A stretch of DNA of 64,000 bases from Squalus acanthias (taxonomy: Eukaryota): assembly GCA_030390025.1 (NCBI GenBank), contig CM059431.1:112470001-112534000 (forward strand), read 5' to 3'. How positions within the stretch are numbered: the stretch's first letter is position 1; each line of letters begins with the position of its first letter. Shown piece by piece: positions 62,045 through 64,000 of this stretch. Both the position numbers and the translations under genes were made by a program. The notes under the pieces were generated by a model. That model was not told the DNA's origin and did no database searches. It saw nothing but the letters and a program-made list of their open reading frames with translations.

Positions 62045-64000
62045 GGCCGGGAAATTGGAACCGTTTGTGCCGGCCGTTAAGGCCAGTTTGGAGGAAAAAA
62101 TTGCGGCCGCCTCACATCCGCCTGCTTCCGGTGCGGAAGGCGGCGGCTGCCATTTTGGGCAGGTCGGCAGAGCTGCTGTTGCCTGCGCTTGCTTCAGATA
62201 TTTAGATGAGCCAGATCATGACGTCAATCGGCGTGCAAGGCTGAATTGGCGCACTATCTGGTATTTTGGACGTCACCGCTCTAATTAACCATGGCAGAAC
62301 GTGCGTGCAGCAGTACGACGGACCGACTGCCAGTGCTTCTTAAAGGGACACACGCAACCTACAGGTAAGTTTCGATTTTTGCTTTTATACTGGTTTCTTT
62401 ACATTTTATTGGTGCAGTGGCTTGGTGTATTACATTTAAAAAGTCGTTAAAGTGTGCAGGGAGTGCTGCTGGGCGTTTGCAAGGCTTTGGCTCTTAAAGG
62501 AAGGCCTCTGAGAACACCACTTGCTCCCAGTCCTGGAGGCTTTAGTTGCAGTCCCCCTTGAGCTGCAACATGACATGGAGATGGAGCAGAGGCAGCAAAG
62601 GGGACACACTGCTCGCAGAGGGAGGAGGAGGAAGAGGAAAAAGCAGAAGAGAAAGAAGCAGAAGAGGAAGAAGCAGAAGGCGGAAACCCAGGCAGCCCCT
62701 TTCTGGCCGGGATATCCGGGATCGAATCATCCGCCTGCGGTACCAGTGACAACAACCCCAATTCCCTTTTAAACATTTGTCCCACACCTTACCTTCCCTC
62801 TGTTACTGACTATCACAGCGACCTCTTGGCCACAAGGCTGAAGTAAAAGCCACCATAAAGCAAACTTTCTGATCCAACTTTATCCATATATGCATCCAAT
62901 ATTACATCAAGAAATCAACTAATCACCCTTGTGCATTCCCTTAGTGAGTGTCTTGCGTGTGCCTTTGCCTATCCTAGTGCTCTTAGGCAGTGCTACGTCA
63001 GTTGCTTCAGCATGGATGTTGGAAGGCTGCTGACTTTCAGTGTGGGACACTGCAGATGACCTTGTAGGACAACCTCAAGGAGCTGGTGGCTGGGAGTGTC
63101 AAATCGAGTGACGGTGTTTCTTCTTTTTCACTCTCCTCTCCCTCTTCTTGGTCAACCACTGGCTGGGAAGGCTGGATTTCTTGGGTGTCTGAAATGAGGA
63201 AGGCACAAGGTTAAGGTTGTGGTGAGGGGAGGGGCTAAAGAAAGAGGTGCATGCTTACACCATGTATAGCTTGTAAATCAGAAAAAATTGTGGATGAGGG
63301 AGAAGTGGGATGTGAGAAGGAGAATAGTGTATTTATTCTTTCAGCCCCGCCGCTGGCCAAGGGCTCAGCCATGCCCTTGCCAAGAATGGCCAGCACCATC
63401 TCCCCAAAGGGGGTGAGGTGGAGCTAGGAATATGAGGTGTGACTCGTGTTTGGTAAAGATTGTTGGTAGGTGAGTGATGGGGGGTCGTGCATTGAGCAGT
63501 GTGTGACGCTAGTGGTGCAGTTGGTAGGAGATGGCTTTTGAATATGCATTCACTGACCTTGACCACTCGTCTGAGGTCATGAAACTTCTTTGGGGACTGG
63601 AGCTGGGTCCTGGGGGCGACACTACTGGCAGTGACCGCCTCAGCGATCTGTTCCCACATCCTTCTTTCTGGAGCACCTCCTGGCCCCCTGTGGATAGAGG
63701 ACCTCTCTTGCAGTGTTCACTCCCTGCACAAAGCTGGAGTGCTGCGTCTGAGACCATGGGTGCCCTTTCCCAGGCCTGTTGAGCCATTTGTGTTCGTGCT
63801 GAAGCACTTGTACCATTTTTGATCAGCAGAAGGCAGCTCACCTTCAAGAGGTGCATACTGCCTAGTGCTGAAGCACTTCGAAATTTTTCCATCAGCAGAA
63901 GGCAGCTCACCTTTAAGAGGTGCAGACTGCCTTTAAGAGGAGCAGGCTAGCTTTAAGTAAAGCTAGGCTCGATTAAACAACACAAACTTCGGCCTCCTGC
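62045..64000. mobile_element. Non-autonomous Harbinger element (runs off the window)
   Basis: GGCCGGGAAATT terminus; acidic transposase C-terminal remnant on + (…GRDIRDRIIRLRYQ*); convergent Myb/SANT remnant on - (MWEQIAEAV...KKFHDLRR, GTCAGT donor). Confidence 0.7.

Noticed and set aside
63796..63935. 69-bp tandem duplication
   Set aside because: Local duplication inside a Harbinger remnant; no sign of function

Overview
Repeat-dense eukaryotic (vertebrate) DNA with no recognisable host gene. The element mix (CR1 LINEs with zinc-finger/esterase ORF1, L2 remnants, tRNA-headed Deu-type SINEs, Penelope-like elements, many Harbinger derivatives) suggests a cartilaginous fish; this is inference from element families, not a database result. 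Contents: (1) four near-full-length and several truncated CR1 LINEs, one with an uninterrupted 489-aa RT ORF; (2) an ORF1-less APE-RT LINE with a tRNA-like head, plus SINEs made from its two ends; (3) an internally deleted hAT (Charlie/Buster-type) transposon; (4) two solo LTRs, several MITEs and a G-rich minisatellite; (5) extensive nesting. The most striking signal is three independent fold-back (palindromic) Penelope-like insertions with arms of 94 bp, 92 bp and ~925 bp. Each has a 13-14 bp TSD and a minimal hammerhead-ribozyme core in both arms; the largest also has the GIY-YIG endonuclease coding segment in both arms. Boundaries not fixed by a TSD/TIR are approximate.
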